Position numbers and translations under genes: made by a program. The notes beneath the pieces were generated by a model, which did no database searches, had not been told where the DNA came from, and was given only the letters and a program-made list of their open reading frames with translations. Below are positions 10,319 through 19,517 of a stretch of DNA of 64,000 nt, piece after piece. Source of the stretch: Dysgonamonadaceae bacterium (GTDB taxonomy: Bacteria; Bacteroidota; Bacteroidia; Bacteroidales; Dysgonomonadaceae). The stretch spans positions 6,638 to 70,637 of the forward strand of contig JBAYZS010000003.1 in NCBI GenBank assembly GCA_041672395.1, written 5' to 3'. Position 1 is the stretch's first letter, and the number at the start of each line of letters is the position of its first letter.

Positions 10319-11446
10319 ATGAATACTATATATATAAAACTGATCATGCTTTCTTCTCTGATTTTCGCTTTTATGTCATGTAGCAGCGATGGAGAAGTGA
10401 GAGATTTGGGTGTTACCCCTGTTAAAACGCTGTATGAACCGACTGACGGAAGAGTACTTGTACTTCAGTCCTCTGCTTCAGCCATGTTGTATTTTGAATG
10501 GGAACCTGCAAGAGCAGAAGATAGTGGGGCAGTGCTCTATGATATTGCTTTCGATAAAGCAGATGGAAATTTTACAAATCCTGTATCTATAATTGCATCT
10601 GACAATAACGGGGGTAGCAATCACGCTACAATTACTCATAAACAGTTGAACCAAATAGCAGCGCTTGCGGGCATCGAATCGGCTGCTCAGGGTACGCTAA
10701 AATGGACTGTTTATGCTTCTAAAGGAATTAATCCCGTAAAAGCAGAGCAGGAACGTACACTTACTGTGACAAGACTTGCTGGGTTTGCGAACATTCCAGA
10801 GCAGTTGTTTATCACCGGTATTGGTACGGAAGCAGGAGTTGATGTCTCTAAAGCAATTCGTTTGAAAAAAATCACTGATGGTGAATTTGAAATTTATACA
10901 AAGCTAACTGAGGGTCAATCATTTCACTTTGTTAATTCTTCTTCAGGTGAACCTGTTGTCTATTCCTTAAGTGGTGAGAAAATTGTTGAGGGAGGTAGTT
11001 CTAATGTGTCAAAAACAGGTGTTTATAAATATTATCTCGACTTCAACATCGGATCATTTACATCCAAAGAGATAACTAAAATCAATCTCTTTTTATGCTG
11101 GTCACAAAGAAAAATCGAATTGCCTTATAAAGGACTTGGGGTATGGGAACTCACAAATCACACCATCACAGGACTAACAGGTAATGATAACAATGACGAC
11201 CGTTACAAGTTTAGGATGGAAAGCTCTGCAGGCGAAACTGAGTGGAGATCTCCTGCTAATGACAGTAAACCTTCTGGAAACGAAGCGTATTACTATATGG
11301 TGGAAAAAGACAATGTTCAACAGTGGACCGACGGACAAGTCTGGAAAAGTCCATCCACCACAGGATGGAGTGATAAGACATATGATTTTATGTTTTCACT
11401 TAATTCAGAGCGAGCCTATACACATAATTTAATCATCAAAGAATAA
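10319..11446 (+). CDS. SusE/SusF-like surface glycan-binding lipoprotein (paralog 1)
   Basis: Lipobox (FAFMSCSSD). SusE-like N-domain motif (FEWEPA...LYDIAFDK). It sits downstream of susD and is clearly alignable to the next ORF. Confidence 0.75.
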   Translation: MNTIYIKLIMLSSLIFAFMSCSSDGEVRDLGVTPVKTLYEPTDGRVLVLQSSASAMLYFEWEPARAEDSGAVLYDIAFDKADGNFTNPVSIIASDNNGGSNHATITHKQLNQIAALAGIESAAQGTLKWTVYASKGINPVKAEQERTLTVTRLAGFANIPEQLFITGIGTEAGVDVSKAIRLKKITDGEFEIYTKLTEGQSFHFVNSSSGEPVVYSLSGEKIVEGGSSNVSKTGVYKYYLDFNIGSFTSKEITKINLFLCWSQRKIELPYKGLGVWELTNHTITGLTGNDNNDDRYKFRMESSAGETEWRSPANDSKPSGNEAYYYMVEKDNVQQWTDGQVWKSPSTTGWSDKTYDFMFSLNSERAYTHNLIIKE

Positions 11447-11450
11447 TCGT

Positions 11451-12593
11451 ATGAAAAAGATAGTTTTAAGTATGGCTTTCATTGCTTTCGTTATGCTCCT
11501 TTTTGTTGGATGTAACGAAACAATGGGTGAACCTGACAATAGCCTTACAGATGTAAAAACGTTGATTGAACCAATGGATGAAAATGAAGTTGTACTTCTG
11601 CCGACTGCTTCCGCTTCTGTTTATTTTGAATGGGAACATGCAGATATGGATGGTGGTCCTGCTTTATATCAAATTGCTTTTGACAAGGTTGATGGAGATT
11701 TCACTAATCCTCTTTATATGGCCTATTCAGGCAATAATGGTTTCAACAATAACATTACACTGTCTCACAAGCAACTCAATAAAATTGTTGGTATGATTGG
11801 GGTAGGACCTTCAGCAAAAGGTACGATAAAATGGACAGTTTTTTCATCTAAAGGAACACATTTTGTTAAGGCAGCGAAGGAAAACAGACTTACGGTTACT
11901 CGTTTGGCTGGTTTTGCCGAAGAAGATATCCCTGTTGATCTTTTTGTTACGGGTGGAGCTTCTGAAGGTGGAGATGATCTTCTGAAGGCACATAAAATGA
12001 AAGCTGTTTCAACTGGTGAATTTGAAGTGTACACCAAACTTAAAGCAGGTGAACCATTTTATTTTGTGAGTGCAACTTCTGGTACATCAAACAGGTTTTC
12101 AATCGAAAATGGTTTGGTAAAAAAAGAAGGATCAACAACGGTTGCAACTGAGGGAGTTTATAGGATTACGCTTGATTTTAATACAGGTGCAAGCACTACA
12201 ACTCTTATTACACGAGTTGCATTCTATTTCAGTCCTGAAGGAAAAATTCTATTTGATATTCCTTACAAAGGTTTCGGTGTGTATCAAACAACAGCAACAG
12301 TTACCTTTAAACAAGAAGGATGGGGTCGTGATGAACGTTATAAATTCAGGATGTTTGTAAAAGAAAATGGAGGTAACGATGAAGAGAAAGAACTTGAATG
12401 GGGTACACTAAACCAGACTGATTCTCGACCGACTGCAACCAGTCCTGAGACATACTATTATATCAAATTAATGAATCCTACTCAGTGGGATAATAAATGG
12501 AAACTTATGGGTGACTTTGATGGCAATCCGGGTATTTATACAATTTATCTACAGGCAGATAAACCTTATACCCATTCTATCACTAAACCATAA
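11451..12593 (+). CDS. SusE/SusF-like surface glycan-binding lipoprotein (paralog 2)
   Basis: Lipobox (LLFVGCNET). It shares blocks with paralog 1: FEWE, LY.IAFDK.DG.FTNP, HKQLN.I, G.KWTV..SKG, LTVTRLAGFA, GEFE.YTKL and DDRYKFRM/DERYKFRM. Confidence 0.75.
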   Translation: MKKIVLSMAFIAFVMLLFVGCNETMGEPDNSLTDVKTLIEPMDENEVVLLPTASASVYFEWEHADMDGGPALYQIAFDKVDGDFTNPLYMAYSGNNGFNNNITLSHKQLNKIVGMIGVGPSAKGTIKWTVFSSKGTHFVKAAKENRLTVTRLAGFAEEDIPVDLFVTGGASEGGDDLLKAHKMKAVSTGEFEVYTKLKAGEPFYFVSATSGTSNRFSIENGLVKKEGSTTVATEGVYRITLDFNTGASTTTLITRVAFYFSPEGKILFDIPYKGFGVYQTTATVTFKQEGWGRDERYKFRMFVKENGGNDEEKELEWGTLNQTDSRPTATSPETYYYIKLMNPTQWDNKWKLMGDFDGNPGIYTIYLQADKPYTHSITKP

Positions 12594-12609
12594 ATGCAAT
12601 AATGAATAA

Positions 12610-12657
12610 AAGGTAAGAATGAATGTTATTTTGATAAAAAACTTTCATTCTTACCTT
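12610..12657 (+). terminator. Strong hairpin after the second SusE-like gene (14-bp perfect stem AAGGTAAGAATGAA/TTCATTCTTACCTT)
   Basis: The inverted repeat was read directly. The loop is about 20 nt and the tail CTTCTTTGC is T-rich but interrupted. Confidence 0.5.
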
Positions 12658-12764
12658 CTTTGCTGTTAATTACTAAATGACCTATTAAAGATATTTATTG
12701 AATATTAATCACACACTATTATGAGCACAGTTATTTGGAGTATGAACAATTGAAAATATTTAAG

Positions 12765-13895
12765 ATGAAAAAACAACACTTATTACTTTTACTGATTATC
12801 CCTATTTTGTTTGCATGTGGGAGTGAGAATATACCAGATCCAGGGAATGATGATGACAAAGATAGCATTAATTGGAACGCAGCAGCAAATGCCGGAAGTA
12901 ATGCATTGATATCTTCTTTTTGGAATATAAACGGTCAATATTTTAACACGGACAACAGCGGTAACACCACATTTCAATACTGGCCAAATGCACATGCTTT
13001 AGATGTTCTAATAGATGCTTACTTGAGGACAAGTGACACCAACTATAAAAGCTATTTCGATAAATGGTTTATAGGTGTGAAAGCTGCGAACGGTAATAGT
13101 TGGAATAATGACTTTTATGACGATATGGAGTGGAATGCATTGGCATTACTGCGTGCTTACAAGGTTACGAACGATGTTCGTTATAAGGATGCTGCACTGG
13201 AACTCTGGGGCTATATCAAGTTGGGTTGGAATGATAATGCTGGTGGTGGAATTACCTGGAAAAAAGGAATGGAGTATAGTAAAAATGCTTGTTCCAATGG
13301 TCCCGCAGCCATCCTTGCTGCACGTCTTTATCAGGAATTTGGAAATGTAGAAGATCGGGAATGGGCTGTAAAGATTTATAATTGGCTTAAGTCGACATTG
13401 GTAAACACCAATAACGGGATGGTTTATGATAATATTGACTCGCGTACGGGAATCATTAAGAAAGAGTGGATTTTCACCTATAATCAGGGAACTTACATAG
13501 GTGCTGCAGTTGAACTACATAAAATATTCAACGAGAAGGCCTATCTAAACGACGCTGTTTTAGCAGCTGATTATACAATCAGTAGTTTAGTAGATAATTC
13601 CATTCTGAAAAGCGAAGGAACAGGCGATGGCGCACTTTTCAAAGGTGTCTTTGTTCGTTATTTTACTCAACTGATTCAACAGGAACGACTTGATTCTCCT
13701 GTCAGAAAACGATATATTCAATTTATTAAACTCAACGCCGAAACCTTATGGAATCAAGGTACTAACAAATCTGGTACATTTTTTGGACCTAATTGGAGAG
13801 TTAAACCAGGAACCACTGTAGGATTGACAGAGCAACTCAGTGGTTGCATGTTGATTGAAGCAGCTGCACTTTTAGATAACAAAAAGCTCCTATAA
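12765..13895 (+). CDS. Glycoside hydrolase family 76 (endo-alpha-1,6-mannanase-like) lipoprotein
   Basis: GH76-type blocks: YWPNAHALDVLIDAY, FYDDMEWNALALLRAY, GGGITWKK and KNACSNGPAAILAARLY. The listed TTG at 12735 is unlikely to be the start. The ATG at 12765 gives MKKQHLLLLLIIPILFACGSEN, which is a lipobox. Confidence 0.88.
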   Translation: MKKQHLLLLLIIPILFACGSENIPDPGNDDDKDSINWNAAANAGSNALISSFWNINGQYFNTDNSGNTTFQYWPNAHALDVLIDAYLRTSDTNYKSYFDKWFIGVKAANGNSWNNDFYDDMEWNALALLRAYKVTNDVRYKDAALELWGYIKLGWNDNAGGGITWKKGMEYSKNACSNGPAAILAARLYQEFGNVEDREWAVKIYNWLKSTLVNTNNGMVYDNIDSRTGIIKKEWIFTYNQGTYIGAAVELHKIFNEKAYLNDAVLAADYTISSLVDNSILKSEGTGDGALFKGVFVRYFTQLIQQERLDSPVRKRYIQFIKLNAETLWNQGTNKSGTFFGPNWRVKPGTTVGLTEQLSGCMLIEAAALLDNKKLL

Positions 13896-13971
13896 AACAT
13901 ATATATATTTAAATATGTGGCAAATAATAAATAGAGATTAATTATGTTTTGAGGGGTCAAAAAAGCTTATA

Positions 13972-14011
13972 TTTTCACAAGATCCTCTTGAAAAGGAGGG
14001 TCTTGTGAAAA
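13972..14011. terminator. Bidirectional hairpin between the convergent GH76 and cupin genes
   Basis: TTTTCACAAGATCCTC ... GAGGGTCTTGTGAAAA forms a 16-nt stem with one mismatch, flanked by A/T runs. Confidence 0.5.
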
Positions 14012-14048
14012 ATAGCTTAATAAAAATTGATGAAAAAGTCGTTAACCA

Positions 14049-14375
14049 CTATTCACCTCGGATCATTGTGAGTAACATTTTGAATTGCTCAACAGCTTTC
14101 AAGGCATGTGGTACGTTAGCAGGCATAATTATACAATCACCTTTTTTCAGTAGATGCGGAACACCTTCCAGTTGTATTTCTGCTTCACCGTCCAGGATTT
14201 GAACAAAAGCATCGTAGTTTGCAGCATGTTCTGTTAAACCTTGTCCTTTATCAAAAGAAAAAAGAGTTATATTTCCTGCACTGTTTTTTGTGACCTGTTT
14301 ACTGATTACTCCGCCATCAGCATAATCTATTGATTCTTCAAGAGCAATCACTTTTGACTTTTCATAAGTTGTCAT
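14049..14375 (-). CDS. Small cupin-domain protein
   Basis: 108 aa with a single cupin barrel pattern (GQGLTEHAANYDAFVQILDGEAEIQLEG....KKGDCIIMPANVPHAL). Confidence 0.75.
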   Translation of the reverse strand: MTTYEKSKVIALEESIDYADGGVISKQVTKNSAGNITLFSFDKGQGLTEHAANYDAFVQILDGEAEIQLEGVPHLLKKGDCIIMPANVPHALKAVEQFKMLLTMIRGE

Positions 14376-14681
14376 AATCTTTATTGTATTTAGCAGTTTT
14401 ATTTACTTTTATGTTAACCGCTTGATTTATTAAAGCGCTAATTTAATTAATTAAATTCAAAAACATGGTAGGATTCACATAATTAAGAATTGTTCGTTAA
14501 TATAATTATTATTAAATAAACACTTTGAAATGAAAACATTCATAGCGGAGTCGTTATCAACCGAAAACTAGAATTATTTGATTATGGAATCATAACCACA
14601 ACAAGTGGCAATACCCGATGATTATAGACATATTCCTCATACTAATACAATTGTGGTCGTTCACAGCTGAAAAATAAGTAT

Positions 14682-14689
14682 TATATTTG
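14682..14689 (+). promoter_or_regulatory. Candidate Bacteroidota -7 promoter box TATATTTG upstream of kduI
   Basis: Exact match to the TAnnTTTG consensus, about 155 nt upstream of the kduI ATG in a 470-bp divergent intergenic region. Confidence 0.35.
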
Positions 14690-14844
14690 CATGCAAGGGA
14701 AAGACAACTCACTAGAATTGATTTTTTTCAATCTTCAACAGCCAAATGCTTTTTTCATATAGAGAATGAAATGTATGTTGAAATGAGTAGAAAACTTGTT
14801 GAACCTTTGTTAGACGAAACGATTTAATTTTAAAAGAGATAGAA

Positions 14845-15687
14845 ATGAAAACAAATTATGAACTACGCTATTCAGCACATCCTGAAGATGCTAAATCTTA
14901 TGACACGCAACGTTTACGCAGGGATTTTTTAATTGAAAAAGTATTTATTGGAGACGAAGTCAATATGGTCTATTCTATGTATGACCGCATGGTTGTGGGA
15001 GGAGCAATGCCGGTAAAAGAATCATTGCTATTGGAAGCAATTGATCCATTGAAACAATCATTTTTTCTGCACAGTCGAGAAATCGGGATTTATAATGTAG
15101 GTGGCAAGGGTAAAGTTAAAGTTGGAAAAGCAGTTTTTGAACTCGATTATAAAGAAGCACTATACTTGGGATCAGGAGATCGAGAAGTCTTTTTTGAAAG
15201 TGATAACTCAACGAATCCTGCTAAATTTTACTTCAACTCTGCAACGGCTCATCGAAATTACCCTGACAAAAAAGTAACTAAAGCCGATGCTGTTGTTGCT
15301 GAGTTAGGCTCACTTGAAACTTCTAATCATCGCAATATCAACAAAATGATTGTAAATCAAGTGTTACCAACTTGTCAGCTTCAAATGGGTATGACAGAAC
15401 TGGCTCCTGGAAGTGTATGGAATACCATGCCGGCGCATGTTCATTCGCGCAGAATGGAAGCTTATTTCTACTTTGAAGTTCCTGGAGATCAGGCAGTCTG
15501 TCATTTTATGGGAGAGGTGGATGAAACACGTCATATTTGGATGAAGGGTGAGCAAGCTATACTTTCTCCTGAGTGGTCCATTCACTCTGCAGCAGCTACT
15601 TCAAATTACACATTTATTTGGGGTATGGCCGGAGAAAACCTTGATTATGGTGATCAGGATTTTTCAGAGATAACAGACATTCGATAA
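14845..15687 (+). CDS. kduI: 5-dehydro-4-deoxy-D-glucuronate isomerase
   Basis: 280 aa. The N-terminus YELRYSAHPEDAKSYDTQRLRRDFLIEKVF and the cupin metal-site segment PAHVHSRRMEAYFYF are typical of KduI. Confidence 0.92.
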   Translation: MKTNYELRYSAHPEDAKSYDTQRLRRDFLIEKVFIGDEVNMVYSMYDRMVVGGAMPVKESLLLEAIDPLKQSFFLHSREIGIYNVGGKGKVKVGKAVFELDYKEALYLGSGDREVFFESDNSTNPAKFYFNSATAHRNYPDKKVTKADAVVAELGSLETSNHRNINKMIVNQVLPTCQLQMGMTELAPGSVWNTMPAHVHSRRMEAYFYFEVPGDQAVCHFMGEVDETRHIWMKGEQAILSPEWSIHSAAATSNYTFIWGMAGENLDYGDQDFSEITDIR

Positions 15688-15710
15688 GACAACAATTAAA
15701 TATTAAAGTG

Positions 15711-16502
15711 ATGGTAAATTTTTCATTAGAAGGTAAAATAGCGCTCGTCACGGGTGCTTCGTATGGTATTGGTTTTGCAATAGCTACTGCTTATGCAGAG
15801 GCAGGAGCAAAAATAGTGTTTAATGATATCAACCAGACATTAGTAGATAAGGGAATTGCATCTTATAAAGAAAAAGGCATAGAAGCACACGGTTACGTAT
15901 GTGATGTGACTGATGAAGATGCTGTAAATACTTTTATCAAAACCGTTGAGAAAGAGGTTGGTTCCATTGATATTTTAGTTAATAATGCAGGCATAATTAA
16001 ACGCATTCCGATGCACGAGATGTCCGCTGCTGAGTTTCGCCAAGTGATTGATATTGATCTGAATGGTCCATTCATCGTTTCAAAAGCAGTTATTCCACAA
16101 ATGATAGAAAAAGGCCACGGAAAGATAATAAACATCTGTTCCATGATGAGCGAACTGGGTCGTGAAACTGTCTCAGCTTATGCTGCAGCTAAAGGAGGAT
16201 TAAAAATGTTGACCAAAAATATCTGTTCTGAATACGGTGGTTACAACATACAATGCAACGGAATTGGTCCGGGTTATATTGCTACTCCACAAACTGCACC
16301 ATTGCGAGAAAAACAGTCTGACGGTTCACGCCACCCGTTTGATGCCTTTATTGTTTCAAAAACTCCGGCTGCTCGTTGGGGCACAACAGATGATCTGAAA
16401 GGTCCTGCTGTTTTTCTTGCATCTGAGGCTTCTGATTTTGTTAATGGACATATTTTATATGTTGATGGTGGAATATTGGCATATATTGGCAAACAACCGT
16501 AG
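15711..16502 (+). CDS. kduD: Short-chain dehydrogenase, 2-dehydro-3-deoxy-D-gluconate 5-dehydrogenase/gluconate 5-dehydrogenase type
   Basis: SDR motifs TGASYGIGFAIA, NNAG and YAAAKGG, in the position directly after kduI. The ATG at 15711 is preferred to the GTG at 15708. Confidence 0.82.
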   Translation: MVNFSLEGKIALVTGASYGIGFAIATAYAEAGAKIVFNDINQTLVDKGIASYKEKGIEAHGYVCDVTDEDAVNTFIKTVEKEVGSIDILVNNAGIIKRIPMHEMSAAEFRQVIDIDLNGPFIVSKAVIPQMIEKGHGKIINICSMMSELGRETVSAYAAAKGGLKMLTKNICSEYGGYNIQCNGIGPGYIATPQTAPLREKQSDGSRHPFDAFIVSKTPAARWGTTDDLKGPAVFLASEASDFVNGHILYVDGGILAYIGKQP

Positions 16503-16532
16503 AAACGGTTTAAATATTAAAACTGAAATCTG

Positions 16533-17681
16533 ATGAAATCAAATAAAATTATTCAATTATTAATGGTATTACTGGCTGTCATGTGTATCAGTTGCGGATC
16601 ATATAAAAAAGATTTAACGTTAAATGTCATGAACACAAGTTCATTAGACAGGAATAATGAAATTATGGAAATAGCTTGGGATGAAATAACTCAAAAGCTA
16701 TCGCTTATTGCAGATCAAAAAATCATAGTTACAGATATAAAAGGACGTCAGATTCCTTATCAACTAATAAAAAATGGCTCTGACAAGGTTGAAACATTAA
16801 TATTTCCTGTCACTTTAGCAGCTGAGGATTCTACAATATTTAAGGTATCTGTTGGAGATCCAGTTATGGTTCAACCTTTGGTTTATGGAAGGCTGGTACC
16901 TGAAAGAAAAGATGATTTTGCTTGGGAAAACAACCGCACTGCTTTCCGGATATATGGACCCGCTTTAAAAGCAACCGGCGAAATTAGCAATGGATTGGAT
17001 TTCTGGGCAAAAAAAACCGACTCGTTGATTATTGACAAATGGTATAAGAACGATTTGTCGGGTGTGGCATCTTACCATGAAGATCACGGTGAAGGACTTG
17101 ATTTCTACAAAGTTGGAAGAACACTTGGACTTGGCATGACGGCTCCTGTCGATAATGATACACTCTGTCTTGGTGATAATTTTGTAACAGTTGATATATT
17201 GGATAATGGTCCATTACGTTTAACTTTCAAACTTACTTATGATCCTTATATTGCTGGTGAACATAAGATAACTGAAACAAGGATTATCTCTCTCGATGCA
17301 TATAGCTTTTTCAATAAAGTGACTAATATCTTCGAGACAGATACCGCCGAACTGACTGTTGCAACTGGTATTGTAATGGCACCAGACAAACCGGAGATTA
17401 CCTTTGGACGTAATTCCGGCATCATTGCTTACGAAACTCCGGGTAATGACACTAACGGAATCATTTACACCGCGGTTATTAACCCGAATGGATTCGGAAT
17501 GATTAAGGTGTCCGGTGGACATTATTTGGGACTAAATAATTATCAAACGGGAACCCCATACACCTATTACACGGGAGGTGGTTGGAGTAAAGCGGGATTC
17601 GATAGTTTTGAAGAATGGACTCAATTTGTTCAATCTGAGAAAGTAAAAAAAGAACAACCACTAGTTATAAAAATCGACTGA
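16533..17681 (+). CDS. Lipoprotein of unknown function; from memory it resembles the DUF4861 family seen next to kduI/kduD in Bacteroidota
   Basis: Lipobox (VMCISCGSYK). 382 aa and beta-rich. It is embedded between kduD and kdgK, with a 1-nt gap to kdgK. Confidence 0.55.
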   Translation: MKSNKIIQLLMVLLAVMCISCGSYKKDLTLNVMNTSSLDRNNEIMEIAWDEITQKLSLIADQKIIVTDIKGRQIPYQLIKNGSDKVETLIFPVTLAAEDSTIFKVSVGDPVMVQPLVYGRLVPERKDDFAWENNRTAFRIYGPALKATGEISNGLDFWAKKTDSLIIDKWYKNDLSGVASYHEDHGEGLDFYKVGRTLGLGMTAPVDNDTLCLGDNFVTVDILDNGPLRLTFKLTYDPYIAGEHKITETRIISLDAYSFFNKVTNIFETDTAELTVATGIVMAPDKPEITFGRNSGIIAYETPGNDTNGIIYTAVINPNGFGMIKVSGGHYLGLNNYQTGTPYTYYTGGGWSKAGFDSFEEWTQFVQSEKVKKEQPLVIKID

Positions 17682-17682
17682 T

Positions 17683-18720
17683 ATGCAGAAAGTTATTACT
17701 TTTGGTGAGATCATGCTTCGGCTGGCTACACCGGGATATAAAAGATTTATTCAATCCGATAATCTTACTGCTACCTTTGGTGGGGGTGAGGCAAATGTTG
17801 CTGTCTCCCTCGCAAACTATGGAATTCCTGTAGATTTTGTAACGCGCTTACCTCAGAATGATATTGCTGAATGGTGTCTCTCGGATCTTAGAAAATACAA
17901 CATCGGAACAACTCAGATTCTGCGCGGTGGTGAAAGATTAGGAATCTATTTCCTGGAAACAGGAGCTGTTGCAAGACCATCGAAAGTAGTGTATGACAGA
18001 GCATATTCTTCCATTGCAGAGGTGAAAAAAGGGATGTTCAACTGGAAAGAAATATTGAAAGATGCCTCTTGGTTTCACTGGACCGGAATCACACCGGCTA
18101 TCTCTGAGGGGGCTGCCGATGTATGTCTTGAAGCCATTCAAACAGCCAACGATTTGGGTATAACGGTATCGTGCGACCTTAATTTCAGAAAGAATTTATG
18201 GAAATATGGTAAATCTGCTTCGGAAGTTATGCCTAAATTGGTTGAAGGGTGCAACATAATCCTCGGAAACGAGGAGGATTCTGAAAAGGTTTTTGGTATT
18301 AAACCTGATGGATTTCAGGTAGAACATACTGGAGGAGACATGGATGCCGCTGAATTTGAGTCGGTTTGCAATCAACTAATGCAGAAGTTTCCTCGGGCTA
18401 AAAAGGTGATAATCACATTGCGTGGTTCTATCAATGCTAACCATAACACGTGGGGCGCATGTCTCTATTCCGATAAATTATACAAATCAAAGAGATACGA
18501 CATTACGCATATCGTGGACAGAGTGGGAGGCGGTGATTCCTTTATGGGTGGATTAATTTATGGATTGCTCACTTACAAAGATGACGACCAGCAAGCACTG
18601 GATTTTGCAGCGGCTGCTTCTTGTCTTAAACATACCGTTTATGGTGATTTTAATCTGGTAACTGTGTCTGAAGTTGAAACCCTTATGAATGGTGGCGGTT
18701 CAGGTAGAGTGATTCGCTAA
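17683..18720 (+). CDS. kdgK: 2-dehydro-3-deoxygluconokinase (PfkB-family sugar kinase)
   Basis: PfkB signatures: N-terminal GGGEANVAVSLA and C-terminal DRVGGGDSFMGGLIYGL. The operon context is kduID and eda. Confidence 0.88.
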   Translation: MQKVITFGEIMLRLATPGYKRFIQSDNLTATFGGGEANVAVSLANYGIPVDFVTRLPQNDIAEWCLSDLRKYNIGTTQILRGGERLGIYFLETGAVARPSKVVYDRAYSSIAEVKKGMFNWKEILKDASWFHWTGITPAISEGAADVCLEAIQTANDLGITVSCDLNFRKNLWKYGKSASEVMPKLVEGCNIILGNEEDSEKVFGIKPDGFQVEHTGGDMDAAEFESVCNQLMQKFPRAKKVIITLRGSINANHNTWGACLYSDKLYKSKRYDITHIVDRVGGGDSFMGGLIYGLLTYKDDDQQALDFAAAASCLKHTVYGDFNLVTVSEVETLMNGGGSGRVIR

Positions 18721-18738
18721 TTGTTTAACATTCAATGT

Positions 18739-18771
18739 GTCAGGACAATCCAAGCCTTTATTTGTCTTGAC
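18739..18771 (+). promoter_or_regulatory. Intercistronic hairpin between kdgK and eda (GTCAGGACAA/TTGTCTTGAC, one G-U pair)
   Basis: The inverted repeat was read directly in the 74-nt kdgK-eda spacer. Confidence 0.3.
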
Positions 18772-18794
18772 TCTTGATTCTAATTATCTAAGTA

Positions 18795-19472
18795 ATGGCA
18801 AAATTTTCAAGAATGCAAGTTTATCAGATTATGGAAAATACCGGAATAATACCTGTATTTTATCATACTGATGTGGAAGTAGCAAAAGAGGTTGTGAAAG
18901 CGTGCTATGATGGTGGAATCCGGGTCTTTGAGTTCACTAATCGGGGTGATTTCGCTCATGAAGTGTTCGCTGACCTTGTTAAATGGGCCGACAACGAATG
19001 TCCTGAGTTGATCTTGGGCATTGGCTCTATTGTGGATGCACCTACAGCTGCTCTGTACATTCAATTGGGTGCAAACTTCGTGGTGGGTCCACTTCTAAAT
19101 GCTGATATCTTCAAGGTCTGTAACCGTAGGCAGATTGCTTACACTCCCGGTTGTGCAACTGCTTCAGAAATCGGACTTGCGCAAGAGTTGGGTGCAGAGA
19201 TAGTTAAAGTATTTCCCGGAGGTAGCGTTGGTGGTCCCTCTTTTGTAAAGAATATCAAAGGTCCAATGCCATGGACTCGAATCATGGTAACAGGTGGTGT
19301 TGAACCAACAGAAGAAAATTTGTCCGACTGGTTTAAAGCAGGAGTATCTTGTGTGGGAATGGGATCAAATCTTTTCCCAAAAGAGGTGCTAAAGTACAAA
19401 GATTGGATGAAAATCACAGAGTTATGCCGAATTTGTTTGTCGATAGTGCAAAAGCATAAAACAAATACATGA
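18795..19472 (+). CDS. eda: KDPG / 4-hydroxy-2-oxoglutarate aldolase
   Basis: 225 aa. Eda-type blocks: IPVFYH, GIRVFEFTNR, the Schiff-base region VKVFPG and VTGGV. It follows kdgK. Confidence 0.88.
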   Translation: MAKFSRMQVYQIMENTGIIPVFYHTDVEVAKEVVKACYDGGIRVFEFTNRGDFAHEVFADLVKWADNECPELILGIGSIVDAPTAALYIQLGANFVVGPLLNADIFKVCNRRQIAYTPGCATASEIGLAQELGAEIVKVFPGGSVGGPSFVKNIKGPMPWTRIMVTGGVEPTEENLSDWFKAGVSCVGMGSNLFPKEVLKYKDWMKITELCRICLSIVQKHKTNT

Positions 19473-19517
19473 TATTATTAAAGCCATGGATGTCCAAAAT
19501 TTAATATATTTAATCTA

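Noticed and set aside
14005-14202. A 65-aa plus-strand ORF overlapping the cupin gene
   Set aside because: It is antisense to a well-formed cupin ORF and starts inside the terminator hairpin. It is probably not coding.
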